Origin: a virus | Lineage: Duplodnaviria; Caudoviricetes | Reading direction: 5' to 3' (one strand) | Length of the DNA stretch: 53,578 nucleotides | IMG/VR virus record: IMGVR_UViG_3300040816_000922 | Span: 1-53,578 of that record | Part shown: positions 16,114 to 26,400 of the stretch, one piece after another | Numbering within the stretch: the stretch's first letter is position 1 | Layout: every line of letters starts with the position of its first letter | Made by a program: the position numbers and the translations under genes | Notes under the pieces: model-generated | What the model was told of the DNA's origin: nothing | The model's database searches: none | The model's input: only the letters and a program-made list of their open reading frames with translations

Positions 16114-19100
16114 CGCTGGACTCCCATTGCGATAATTGATGCGTCATAGAGATAGACCTGAAACGCCTTCACCTCCATCGAGAAGGTGTAGGTCCCTGCG
16201 GCGAGATCCCGCTGGATCGTGCCGCTGTGGACTGCGCCGGTATTGAAGCTGGGGATGTACTCAATCTGTGTACTGCCCTGAAGCAGACGGACGTTGTAGT
16301 TGGTCGCGCCGCTGCCCTGAGCGTTCGTACGCGTAAACCACATGAGGATGATCCTGCCAGGGACATCCAGAGTGACGGTTACCTGAGGAAGACCGTTAGT
16401 GGGACCAACCCACCCAGTGTAATAGTTGTTGACGTATATCGAAGAGATGCTCAGGTCATCGTAGGCAGGGACAATGACCGCGTTGCCCTTGATCTGGAGC
16501 GTGTCAACGTAGGCATCGCCAGTGAAGATCTTGTTGCCGTCAATTAGCGTAGAAGTCGGACGGGTCCAAGTGTTCACCCTGCTGCTGGCATATGCTCCGG
16601 CGGATGCCTGATCTCTTACAGAGCTGGCAATACTTCCCGCTACCCGGGCTGTGTCGTAGGAAGTATGGGAAGCCGTTACGTCAGCATACTCGTCCGGCTT
16701 GTAGTTCCCAGAAACTTGGGTCCGGTAGTCGGCAGAATTTGAGGTAGCCAGAGCCCCTTGGTTGGCGATATTTGCAGCTGTGTTTTCGGAGGTTTTATCC
16801 GCGAAATCACCTGGCTTCCCATAACCCGAAACTTGATTCTGCCACGCCACTGACGATTGAGTTGCTAGGGAGCCTTGCCCTGAGATGGCGGCGGCTGTGT
16901 TTTCAGACGTTTTATCAGCGCCGTTGGCGACGTTTAGGTCGGCTCGCGCATTCGCTGCATCGGTCGAGGTCAGGAATCTCACCGCGCCCCGGAAGATCCC
17001 GCCGTTAAACTCGACGCTGCCGTTGCGTAGAATCCTCCAGCCACTTGTCCCGGACGAGAAGTTAGAGGACTGAATCTTGTCCCCAATCGAAAGATCGAAG
17101 ATATTCGCAATCCCGATCCTGGCGGCAGCGAGGGTTCCGTATGCTGCTGTTAGGTTGTCAAGGAAGCCATCTTTGATCTTCGCGACCTCAATAGTCGCGT
17201 CTTGGATTGCCGCTGTTTTTATATAGGTCTTGCCCCCGGTCACGATGAAGGGAACAAGGTCGTCCGTATTGGTGGGCAGGCTAGAATCATAGATGGCAAA
17301 CCGATCTGCCTGGATATAAAGGCGAGTCGATGTCCCGTCGTTGAGGATCCCGATGCCGCCGACCAGTTCGCCCACCTGAGTCTTAGTCGTCCAGCGCGCT
17401 CCCGCTCCATCCCAGGATCGCGCCTGAGTCTGAACGTAAGCGGCGTCTCCGCCTAGAGTCGAATAAACCTGCTGGGTAGCCGTGGCAATCGCTGCGCTCT
17501 TCGCCGTAGCGATAGCCTCGTCCATTTGCGTGACGCCAGCTTTACCGTTTATCACCCCGTCCTGAGTGGAAAACCTGGCGTTGATGTTTGAGAACTGGCT
17601 GACCTGCGAGGCGTAGATCGTAGACTTCGCGGTATTTAACTGCTCTATCGTGGCTCGTGCGTTTATCTGCTCTTGCTGGCTGTTGAACGCTGCATTGATG
17701 TTTGTGTACTCAGTCACAGCAGCTTGCTTAGCAGTGGCTATGGCATCCGTCAGCTGCTGAGATGTCGCTCTATTGCCAATGGCTGTATTCGCGCTCTCAA
17801 TCGCGTCATCCACCTCGCCAAACTTTGCGGCGATGGTCGTAAACTGTGTGACATTTGACGCATAGATATTCGCAACCGCGTTTGTTAAGTCCAGAGAGGT
17901 CGCTTTGTTCTGGAGGGCTGAGTTGACAGTCCCGAACTGTGCATTGATGTTCGTGAATTGGCTAACTGCCGAAGAGTAAATGTTGGTCTTCGCGTCATTG
18001 AGCTGCTGAATGGTTGCGCGATTCCCGACGGCGGTGTCAACGGAGTCAAACTTGGCGTCGATCTCTGTGAAGGCGCTCACCTGTGCGCCGTAAATGGTTG
18101 AGACTGCCTGGGTCAGGCTCGCCGCAGATGCTTTGGACGTAAGCCCCGTAGTGGTGTTGTTTACCGTAGATGACAGCTGCGTAAGGCTTTGCGAAAGAGC
18201 GCTTATGCCATCTTCTGTGTCATCAACCCTTGAGGTAACGTCTGAAAGATCGGAAGCAACTCCTGCGATTGCGCCGCCAAGGGAATCGTATTCACCAATC
18301 TTTTCCCAATAGCTTGTGTTGGTCGGGACGACGCTCGAGGTCGCCTGGATGCACTTGTAGATTGCGCCGTTATATTTCACCAGATCGTCGATAGCGTACG
18401 ACGTTCCGGACGCCCAGGTAGGTAAGCCCTCAAGATCAGCTATGGAAGCCTGGAGAGAGGTGATTGCGCTTTGACGCGCCGCCGTCTCCGTCGCGATCCG
18501 GGAATTTACCGAACCCACCACCGTAGCGTCGGCGTCGATAAGATCAATTCTGCTTGCGAGGTCTGAGAAGAGTTGGTCCTCTCGAATCTCATTGGTAAGG
18601 GCTGTGAGAACCTTTGTGACGTTGATCGCTGTCTGAAGCTCAAGACCTGAGGTGCTGTGAAACTGCCCCGCTACCCCGGCAGTGGAGACAAAGCGGATCC
18701 AGAAATACTTAGTCGTGTCGATGTCCATATCGACAAGGAAGACGGACAGAGCCCCGAAAGCGGATCCGTATTTCGTTGCCGCAGAGATGTCGTCAGAGTC
18801 GTGCCAGTACACCTCGGTGTATGCGTGGTTCGAGTAGGTGGGCTCATCCCAAGAAAGAACTGCGTACTCGAAGCCCGCTCGCCCGGTGAAGCCTGTGGGG
18901 ATAGGCGGCACATCAAAATTGTTGTCCCCTTCAGCAGGGACCCCGCCGATCCCCCTGAAACCCTCGCGAAGATCCTTGAGGAAGTCGTCCCCCAGAGCGT
19001 CTCGGAAGGTGACAGCACGATCAAGCTCGTTGCCTCTCTGCCCCTGGAGCACGCCGACAGCTTCCCGGGTCTTCTCGGCAAACTGCACGATCTCCTTCGT

Positions 19101-19148
19101 TGCGCGAAGGACCGGCGGGATGACAGGCTTCTTGGGAGCGTTAGCCAT
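16110..19148 (-). CDS. Tail tip/host-specificity fibre protein (DUF1983-like) with CBM5/12-type module and helical repeats
   Basis: GELVGGIGI..IQADRFAI..PFIV.GG.TYIK.A.IQDATI motif; TWASGTSYAIDDLVKYNG.IYKC...W. Confidence 0.82.
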   Translation of the reverse strand: MANAPKKPVIPPVLRATKEIVQFAEKTREAVGVLQGQRGNELDRAVTFRDALGDDFLKDLREGFRGIGGVPAEGDNNFDVPPIPTGFTGRAGFEYAVLSWDEPTYSNHAYTEVYWHDSDDISAATKYGSAFGALSVFLVDMDIDTTKYFWIRFVSTAGVAGQFHSTSGLELQTAINVTKVLTALTNEIREDQLFSDLASRIDLIDADATVVGSVNSRIATETAARQSAITSLQASIADLEGLPTWASGTSYAIDDLVKYNGAIYKCIQATSSVVPTNTSYWEKIGEYDSLGGAIAGVASDLSDVTSRVDDTEDGISALSQSLTQLSSTVNNTTTGLTSKASAASLTQAVSTIYGAQVSAFTEIDAKFDSVDTAVGNRATIQQLNDAKTNIYSSAVSQFTNINAQFGTVNSALQNKATSLDLTNAVANIYASNVTQFTTIAAKFGEVDDAIESANTAIGNRATSQQLTDAIATAKQAAVTEYTNINAAFNSQQEQINARATIEQLNTAKSTIYASQVSQFSNINARFSTQDGVINGKAGVTQMDEAIATAKSAAIATATQQVYSTLGGDAAYVQTQARSWDGAGARWTTKTQVGELVGGIGILNDGTSTRLYIQADRFAIYDSSLPTNTDDLVPFIVTGGKTYIKTAAIQDATIEVAKIKDGFLDNLTAAYGTLAAARIGIANIFDLSIGDKIQSSNFSSGTSGWRILRNGSVEFNGGIFRGAVRFLTSTDAANARADLNVANGADKTSENTAAAISGQGSLATQSSVAWQNQVSGYGKPGDFADKTSENTAANIANQGALATSNSADYRTQVSGNYKPDEYADVTASHTSYDTARVAGSIASSVRDQASAGAYASSRVNTWTRPTSTLIDGNKIFTGDAYVDTLQIKGNAVIVPAYDDLSISSIYVNNYYTGWVGPTNGLPQVTVTLDVPGRIILMWFTRTNAQGSGATNYNVRLLQGSTQIEYIPSFNTGAVHSGTIQRDLAAGTYTFSMEVKAFQVYLYDASIIAMGVQR

Positions 19149-20774
19149 CTACAGCTCCCTCGCGGACTCGAACACGGCAATCTCGTGTATCTGACCGGAT
19201 ACACCGGACACCTCGACCTCGAACTCTCTGCCCTTGTATCCAGCGGGGAGGCGGAAATACTGCTCATTGCTGACAGTCTGGGTGTGCTTTAGGCTGCCGT
19301 CCGCCCACATCTTGAAGGTGATCGGGTAAGCATCGGCATCAACCTTTGCTACTCCCGGGCAGAAAGGTCGCGGAGCTCTAAACACCTTGCTCTTCCAGCT
19401 GGTGCTCCTAGTCCCCGAGCCTCTCGCAAACTTGTAAAGCGAGCCGTCGATAACGAGGTACAGGGTTCCGTCTGACGGATCTGCGTAGCCAGCCTGAGCG
19501 TAGAAGTCGAGAGGGATGAAGGCTGCTTTGCCGCCGCGAGGGTCAAGAATAAACCCGCCCTCGTTCAGCCCCTGCTTGTAGAAGCCTATGTACTTCCCTT
19601 CCCATCGGTAGGCATGAAGCGTTTCCGGAAGATAAGCCTGCCACTGGTCTCGCGTGAGAAGAGCCTCGGTCAGGTTATCAGCGCCATCGCCTTTGACCGC
19701 GATCAGCCCCTCCGGACTTGCATAGATTGCATAGCCGCCCATATCAACAATGCTGCGCTTAGAGCTGCAAGCAAGCGGCTGGTCAATGATGACCAGAGAG
19801 CGGGACGTTGGGTTGGTCCCCGTTGCGACGTAGGGCTTGCCCGTGGTGCAAACCAAGACCCCAACATCTATTTCCGCGAGCCCAACAATGTCGAACTCCG
19901 TAACTAACTGGTATTCCTCTGGCCAGGCATGCGGGAGGTTTGGCTCAGAGAAGCACAAGGTCTTGCCGGTGAAGCCCGTGGCGGTTCCGTCGGTAAGGGC
20001 GAGGAGTCCCAGCAGTTGTCCATCGGGATGATCGGCTGTGACCTCATCGGGCGGTGCTTCCCAGGTCGTCGTCGGGATGATCTCTGCGAGATCTTCGTCC
20101 AGGGTCGTGTCGGCATAGGTGCTCGCTGCAAGAGAAACGTCAGCGACGAAACGGTACTCACCGTTCGCGTCAGTCCTATACAACCGCTTTCCAATGAAAT
20201 TGTAGTTCCCGCTCGGGAGAGTCGGGAAAGTGACGGTGACCGTCTCTCCTTCCGTGACTTCGATAACGTCCCCTACCGCCACTGCTGCCGGGGGTCCCTC
20301 TTCCCCGTAGGTGGTCACTATAGTGAACGTATACGCACGCTCTTGTGCGACCGCTCCTTCTATCCCCGTGCCAGAGATAGCCGTCGTGACGTTGCTAGAG
20401 GGTCGCGGCACGCCAAGCCGATAGTGACCTGTTGGATAGGTAGACCCGGAGATAAAGGTCGTCAGATCTGCCATCCTGGGATAGGACTCGCCAGTCCAAT
20501 ACAGCCGCTTCGAGGGATCCTGTGCAATCGGGGAACGGATGATGTCAACGTCTTCATCCCAAGCCGCCCACTTTGTGTCGGTGACTGGGAAGATGGTCTC
20601 AGTGTATTGGTCAATCCCAGACACAGAGCCGATTGACTCGTCATCCGGAAGAGGCTCCAAGGTTCCGCTATCGAGAAGCGCGTTCAGAGCATCCTGCGCC
20701 ATATCTTCCGGGAGCAGGCGGGGGTTTGCCCTAGGAGCGATTCCCCCAAATGTGCTGATACGAAGACCCGCCAT
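19149..20774 (-). CDS. Tail tubular/head-stabilisation (nozzle-like) protein
   Basis: ISTFGGIAPR..PRLLP, FSEP.LPHAWP, WKSKVF and FRLPAG motifs. Confidence 0.75.
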   Translation of the reverse strand: MAGLRISTFGGIAPRANPRLLPEDMAQDALNALLDSGTLEPLPDDESIGSVSGIDQYTETIFPVTDTKWAAWDEDVDIIRSPIAQDPSKRLYWTGESYPRMADLTTFISGSTYPTGHYRLGVPRPSSNVTTAISGTGIEGAVAQERAYTFTIVTTYGEEGPPAAVAVGDVIEVTEGETVTVTFPTLPSGNYNFIGKRLYRTDANGEYRFVADVSLAASTYADTTLDEDLAEIIPTTTWEAPPDEVTADHPDGQLLGLLALTDGTATGFTGKTLCFSEPNLPHAWPEEYQLVTEFDIVGLAEIDVGVLVCTTGKPYVATGTNPTSRSLVIIDQPLACSSKRSIVDMGGYAIYASPEGLIAVKGDGADNLTEALLTRDQWQAYLPETLHAYRWEGKYIGFYKQGLNEGGFILDPRGGKAAFIPLDFYAQAGYADPSDGTLYLVIDGSLYKFARGSGTRSTSWKSKVFRAPRPFCPGVAKVDADAYPITFKMWADGSLKHTQTVSNEQYFRLPAGYKGREFEVEVSGVSGQIHEIAVFESAREL

Positions 20775-21208
20775 TACTTCTTCTCCTTCATAGCCGTCGC
20801 CATCTGAGCCATGTGCGGCGCGATCTTCTCAATGCCACGGGAGCCGATATAGCCGCCGATGCCGATGGTCAGAAGATCAAACAGGGAGTCGATGAGCTGG
20901 GGGTTTTCAACAAGGTAGGTCGGCGCCTGACCAAAGAAGACAAGCCCGAGCAGGACCGAGAACCAGATCATGGTCAGCGGACGCCAGGAGCGCTGAAGCC
21001 AGTTGCCCGACGACATTTCCGCCGTCAGGGTCTTGGCTTGCATCTCCGCGACCTTCGCTTCGTAGTCCAGAACCTTCGCCTGGAACTCAGCCTGAGCTGA
21101 GAACAGAGCGTTCTTCAGCGCCCCGCGCTCCTCGTCCGAGGTATGCAGGTTGTCGATGATGTCAGCCGCCGGGCGTAGAACCCCGGAGACCCAAGATGGG
21201 ATGGACAT
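20774..21208 (-). CDS. 3TM holin (GTA-release type)
   Basis: IIDNLHTSDEER, WLQRSWRP, GGYIGSRGIEK; hydrophobic helices. Confidence 0.85.
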   Translation of the reverse strand: MSIPSWVSGVLRPAADIIDNLHTSDEERGALKNALFSAQAEFQAKVLDYEAKVAEMQAKTLTAEMSSGNWLQRSWRPLTMIWFSVLLGLVFFGQAPTYLVENPQLIDSLFDLLTIGIGGYIGSRGIEKIAPHMAQMATAMKEKK

Positions 21209-21224
21209 CCTTGTCCCTCCTCAA

Positions 21225-21518
21225 TCACCACTTTTCTTTGTGAGACCAATACCTTGCGCTGAGCTTGCTTGGGCTGGAGTCTTGGGCGTTGTGCCTCGCG
21301 TAGTAAGCCTTCCGCCTAGCCTTTTCCTTGGCTGAAGTCGGGTTACTGCCAGCGCCCCGGACTCCCTGCTGCCCAAACCGAACAAGCTTGTACTCGTCGC
21401 CTTCCTTAGCCATCACAACGTGAGACTTAGTGGGATGGCGAGGAGTGCGCTTCGGCTGATTGACACCAGAGAGCCCGTTCTCCTGCATCAAGCGCTTTAC
21501 GCGCTCAGGGACGCTCAC
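21225..21518 (-). CDS. Small basic phage protein (PKRTP.HPTKSH..RFGQQG..ARH..SARYWS family)
   Basis: Motif pattern recalled from marine phage proteins; GTGA-coupled to the upstream microprotein. Confidence 0.75.
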   Translation of the reverse strand: MSVPERVKRLMQENGLSGVNQPKRTPRHPTKSHVVMAKEGDEYKLVRFGQQGVRGAGSNPTSAKEKARRKAYYARHNAQDSSPSKLSARYWSHKEKW

Positions 21519-21610
21519 TTCTTAGGCTTCGCCGGGGGCTTAGCTGCGGGGGGCGGAGCGATCACCATCGCACCACACTTCGGGCACTTCTTGCCTTTTT
21601 GATAAGCCAT
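21515..21610 (-). CDS. 31-aa Lys/Pro-rich CxxC microprotein (not in the ORF track)
   Basis: AGGAGG RBS; MAYQKGKKCPKCGAMVIAPPPAAKPPAKPKK; stop overlaps the next GTG. Confidence 0.65.
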   Translation of the reverse strand: MAYQKGKKCPKCGAMVIAPPPAAKPPAKPKK

Positions 21611-21622
21611 CCTGACCTCCTG

Positions 21623-21808
21623 TCAGTGTTCCGTTTGGGACGGAAGCTCCGCATCCTGCGGCATAGCAGCCTGAGCGTCTTGCACCTGCGGTTGAGCTTG
21701 CTGCTGGATCTCTCCAATGATCTGAGCTACAGCATCATACGGCTGCTTGCTGAGAGCGAAGAGGACCACGTTGAGTTGTTCCATCGAGAAAGAAACGTTG
21801 ATTTCCAC
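21623..21808 (-). CDS. Hypothetical protein (ALSKQPY..VAQII..IQQQ family)
   Basis: AGGAG RBS; common small phage protein pattern. Confidence 0.7.
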   Translation of the reverse strand: MEINVSFSMEQLNVVLFALSKQPYDAVAQIIGEIQQQAQPQVQDAQAAMPQDAELPSQTEH

Positions 21809-21878
21809 GGTGACTCCTGTCTGTGAAGCGCCGTCTTAGCGCCAATCAATTTTCCTATGCCGCAAGGTTCACAGCAAA

Positions 21879-22409
21879 TTAAATGTACCTAAATCTTAGG
21901 GTTGCGATGCTTGCCCCGCCCTTATCCTCAACGGAATCAACGGTCACTTCGTAGAAGGATTCAGCCCCTGGTTTGTTCAGGTGATAGACCATGATCGAGC
22001 TGTCGTTGATGCAAGAGATTTTGTATCCGAGAACGCCCCACTCTTCCCGGAAATAATCCCGGCACTGCTCAATGTAGGGCTGGCTGTAGAGCCAGGACTT
22101 AGATCCGTCGGCATCGGGACCGTAGATCGCCATGACCCAGGTTATGTAGTCCTCGTCCATGCCGTTGATCGAGCCAACAGCAATGTGGATGGGAGTACCG
22201 TCCTTACGCCACAGCACCATCTTCGTGTTCGGTAGATCAGACAGCTCTTGAAAACGAGTGCGCACCGCCTCGCGCTTAGCATCCTCCGTGCCAGGGTCCC
22301 CGAGCAGAGACCAATGGAACGTGCCGCCTTCCATATACGGCAGGCTCGCGGAGAATAGATTGTCAAACTCCGCACCAGCGACCGACGTGATCTCTTCGAT
22401 GGTGATCAA
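21879..22409 (-). CDS. Hypothetical protein
   Basis: TTG start coupled to the adhesin gene stop. Confidence 0.6.
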   Translation of the reverse strand: MITIEEITSVAGAEFDNLFSASLPYMEGGTFHWSLLGDPGTEDAKREAVRTRFQELSDLPNTKMVLWRKDGTPIHIAVGSINGMDEDYITWVMAIYGPDADGSKSWLYSQPYIEQCRDYFREEWGVLGYKISCINDSSIMVYHLNKPGAESFYEVTVDSVEDKGGASIATLRFRYI

Positions 22410-22837
22410 GTCTTACGCCCCCCGTAGAACTGGCTCATGGAGATCGTTCCGCTGCTAGGGATGCTTGTGTTGACCGTTGTGCTCGTCGAGCCGGTGCGGC
22501 GAATCTGGTAGTAGTAGTTGGTGCCGGTTTTATCGCTGATCGTATTCCACAAACTGCCAACGTCGTAGGTGTATCCGCCGACAGTGATGCTGCTGCCAGA
22601 GCCGCTGCCTACATTCGTGCCGTTCCACCAAGCTTGATAGGTGCTGGTCCCCGAGTAGATTATCCAAGACCACAGGGGCGAAAACTGCCCGTACCAGCCA
22701 GTGGTGCTGCTCGAGCTGATTGTCGTCGGCACATAGGAGCCCCCCCGATAATACTCAGACATCGAGATCGGGTTGGCTCCGCCAAACTCCCCCTGCACCT
22801 GAGAGAGGGAGATGGCGCCTGACGTCTGGAGCGCCAT
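22406..22837 (-). CDS. Tail-fibre tip adhesin-like protein
   Basis: Conserved MALQTSGAISLS..EFGG.NPISMSEYY and IPSSGTISMSQFYG ends around a variable aromatic core. Confidence 0.7.
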   Translation of the reverse strand: MALQTSGAISLSQVQGEFGGANPISMSEYYRGGSYVPTTISSSSTTGWYGQFSPLWSWIIYSGTSTYQAWWNGTNVGSGSGSSITVGGYTYDVGSLWNTISDKTGTNYYYQIRRTGSTSTTVNTSIPSSGTISMSQFYGGRKT

Positions 22838-23115
22838 TACTCAGCCGGGGCTGAGATCACGCCAGCAGCGATCTTCTGCTCCACGCCTCGTGCCACTTCG
22901 CCGATGCGCACCAGGGTGGCGTCAGCGTCGTAGTTGCCGTCAGCGTCGAAGCAGACGTTCACCTCACGCTGGTGGGTGATCGTCCCATCGGTGAAGGTCA
23001 CGCTGATCGAGCGCGTAGCCACCTGCTCGGTGGTCGCCTCTTCGCCTTCAGCGGCAGGCATCTCCACCGTGCGGAAGCCGGTGTATTCCTCGTTGAGGGT
23101 GTAGGAAACAGCCAT
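22837..23115 (-). CDS. Tail fibre-associated protein
   Basis: TAATG-coupled in the fibre cluster. Confidence 0.6.
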   Translation of the reverse strand: MAVSYTLNEEYTGFRTVEMPAAEGEEATTEQVATRSISVTFTDGTITHQREVNVCFDADGNYDADATLVRIGEVARGVEQKIAAGVISAPAE

Positions 23116-23117
23116 CG

Positions 23118-23477
23118 TTATGCTCCTTGTTCCATGCCGGGGGGTAGTTCAGCGGGCGCCCAGGGAAGCTGGTCGTCTATGCTGTCTCTTGCGTCCATCT
23201 GCTCTTGAATTTTTCTTTGGATAAAGTGGTCAACATCAAGCGCCCGGGTGCCTGTTACGCGACCCTGAATCCAAGCCAAAACATCAGCCTCGGTTAGTGA
23301 TGCAAAATCAATATAGGAGTCGCTAGTCGGATCGCCGTCGTTCAGCTCGTCCACCATGCTAAACATCGCCGTTCGACCGCTTTCATCGGTTCCGGTTTTA
23401 CTCCAATACACTTCAGTCACCGTCCCAGAAGCATCTCGGCGAAGCCTCAAAATCTTCCACTCATAGGTAATAGCCAT
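23118..23477 (-). CDS. Tail fibre assembly/associated protein
   Basis: MAITYEWKI..YIDFASLTEADVLAW..LPW motif typical downstream of fibres. Confidence 0.7.
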   Translation of the reverse strand: MAITYEWKILRLRRDASGTVTEVYWSKTGTDESGRTAMFSMVDELNDGDPTSDSYIDFASLTEADVLAWIQGRVTGTRALDVDHFIQRKIQEQMDARDSIDDQLPWAPAELPPGMEQGA

Positions 23478-26400
23478 TACTTGCTCTCCAGTTGAGCTTT
23501 GAGGTCGTTCACCTCTGCTTTCAGTTCCTTAATCGCCTCGATAAGCAAAGCGACCATGTTCCCGTAGGCAACCGCTTTGTTGCCCTCTTCGCCAGAAACA
23601 ACCTCCGGCAGAACCAGCTCCACTTCCTGAGCAACCACGCCAGCTTGGCGCGTTTCAGGCATGGTTCCTGTTAGGGGGTCAGGTTTGTAATCGGTTCTGT
23701 CATAGGTATAGCCATTGAGCTGGCACACCTTGGACAGCGCGTCAGGAATCACCTCAAGGTTGGTTTTAACCGCTCGGTCTGAGTAGGCGGTTATGTTGTA
23801 GGCGGTCCAGATACCCGTTCCGAGCGCCCAGACAAGGCTTCCAGCCTCTCTTCCCTGAAGCTGGTGACTTAGCCCCGCAATAGCCTGATTGGTCCCGGTG
23901 CCAACGTTAGGGTGGGTATAGGACATCCCATAAGCGTTACCTACGCCGGTTCCATCTGACGCTAGCTTGTACGACGTACTCATCATCCAAACGTGCTGGT
24001 AGCGGTACGAGCTGTAGACCCCGTATACGCCTTCGCCGTAATTCTGGTCACAGACAATTCTGTTGGTGGAGAACATGCTCCCACCTGACATGTACTGGCT
24101 GTTACCATTCATGTACATGGTGCCGTACAGCCAGTTGGTGCCTGTGCTGTAGATGCCAGCGGGGTGGTAGCTCGCTTCCCCCGTTCCCCCTACGTTGCCG
24201 TTGCCTCGGTAAGCGTAGGAATACGTCGTATTGTCAATATTTACGTTGTTGCTGCCATCCGCCACAGACATGACTTTAGCTGCGCCACTGCGGCTCGGAG
24301 CATCGTCATAGAAGCGAGTTCCGTTGTAGCCGTAGTACCCTCCAATCTTTATGCCTGTGTGGTATCCAACATGAAGGTCAGGGTAAGGGTTAGACCAAGC
24401 TCCTCCTTCTTGGAAGATTCCATAGCTTATAGTTCCGTGACTTGAGTTACCGCCTTCGCCACTAAACCTCAGGACGCTGATACGACGGTCTTCGTTGTCT
24501 TTCCAAAAAGTGCTGTGGTGGTACCCGTCCAGCGTGTCGGCGTCTAGACCTGAGCCAGAGCCGTCGTTGCCGCTGTCCCACATGGTGTATTGAGTAGAGC
24601 CTTCATACCGAATGAAGGAGCCCGAGCTTGGTAAGCGCATCCGCCAACCGGCACCACTGTTTAGCCACCCAGCGTTGTGGCTGCTGTCTGCATAGATATG
24701 CGCACGAGAGGTGCCTGTAGTGTTCAGCTCGATCTGGCAGTAAGTGGCTTCCCCTGATCGAAGTCGCATATTCCCGGTTGCCGTCGGGTGGATATGCCAT
24801 CCCGCGCCGGTGTTGGCACTCCAGTAAAGACCAGCACCGTTGCTGCTTTGAAAGTCAATCCAATTTCCCGCTTGGTAATAGGTGGTTCCCTGCTTGTGGA
24901 TGAAATTAGTCGCTGGAGCATAGCGAATATAGCCGTCGTTAGAGCAATAGACTCGATCCGGTGCGGTAGCCGATCCCATCTGCCCAGAGGTAGTGTTTAT
25001 CCAGCCTGCTTGGATATAGCCATTTGAGTCTGTGCGGACAACTTTATTGACTTCATTGTTACGCCCGGTGTGCAGTTGGAGCCCATCGAGAAGGTCTGCA
25101 TCTAAGCCAGAGCCAGAGCCGTCGTTGCCTTGGTGATAGTAAACATTCCCGCTGGGACCACCGTTTCTGAAAGTTTGATCGCCGTGATTAAAGGTAAACC
25201 TTTGCGTCCAAGAATTGTTGTTATACCCAGCGATTGAGTAGAGAGTGTAGTTTCCGCTGCCATCCTGATGGTGCAGCCAGCCGTATGGCTGAGAGGCGTC
25301 ACCGCGAGTCTCCCAGGAAGGATAGGTTCCCTGGATAACGAATTGACCGTTGTAGGTTCCCTGCCCCCAGTTGTTGGCAAGAATCAACGATGCACTTGAA
25401 GTGGCTTGTGTGTCTGAGCGCAGGAAGCTGCTGCTATTGAGACCATCAACGGTGTCTGCGTCTAAGCCAGAGCCGGAGCCGTCGTTGGCAGAAGTCCAAA
25501 CGGTTTTCCACGATTGCCATGTACCGTTAAGCCTGCCGCGTACTGCAAGATTGCCGGTGCGATAGTCACCAAAAATCTGGTGAACCCAGGCGGTACTATA
25601 TGCTTGTGAGTACAAGGCTCCGTCTGTCTGCCCAAAAAGAGATACAGAGTTTATGTAGCCAGTTCCGTTCTCTTGGACATAATCGGGACCTATGCCATTT
25701 GAGCTATTCCCGTTTCGGAAAGAGATGCCGTCGATGTTGCTAGCGCTGCTTACTGACTGAGAGCCAATATTTCCAGTCGTAATAGCAGTGCTCGCGGGCT
25801 GGTAATAAGAGCCATGCTGCCCGTCAAGCAGATCAGCATCTAACCCCGAGCCAGAGCCGTCGTTGGCGTCAGTCCAGATGGTGCGCCAGGAGGACCACGA
25901 AGTGTTGTAGCCCCGGGTGTACGGCTGGCCAGAAACGAAGTGAGTCGCTAGCTGACCTGTGACGTTCCCATCGTTTCCAAAAGTTACGATTGCGTGGTGT
26001 GCGTTTGTCGGATTGCTGGAATTGGGGTCTACCCTTCTGCTTGAGGGGGTGGTGTAGTTTGGGCTTGTTGTGTCCGAAAGTTGCCGCATGAACCCAGCTG
26101 CCTGAACACCATCAAGCAGGTCTGCATCTAAGCCTGACCCAGAGCCGTCATTACCCGCCCGCCAGTAGGGGTCGGTGGTCCCTCCTCCGATGTAGTTGTA
26201 TATCTGACCGTCGAAGTGAACAGGCTGATTGAAGTAAAACTTGCCTCTGTCCGTTGAGAAGTGGCTATACGTCCCGTTCATAGGACCAATATCTACATAG
26301 CCACTATTGGTCGTTATGCGTAAAGCGTTGCCAGAGCCTTGGCTTAGGGCGGTGTTAGCGTTGTTTACGCGGATGTCGCTGCTTGTGATGCTTCCATTAA

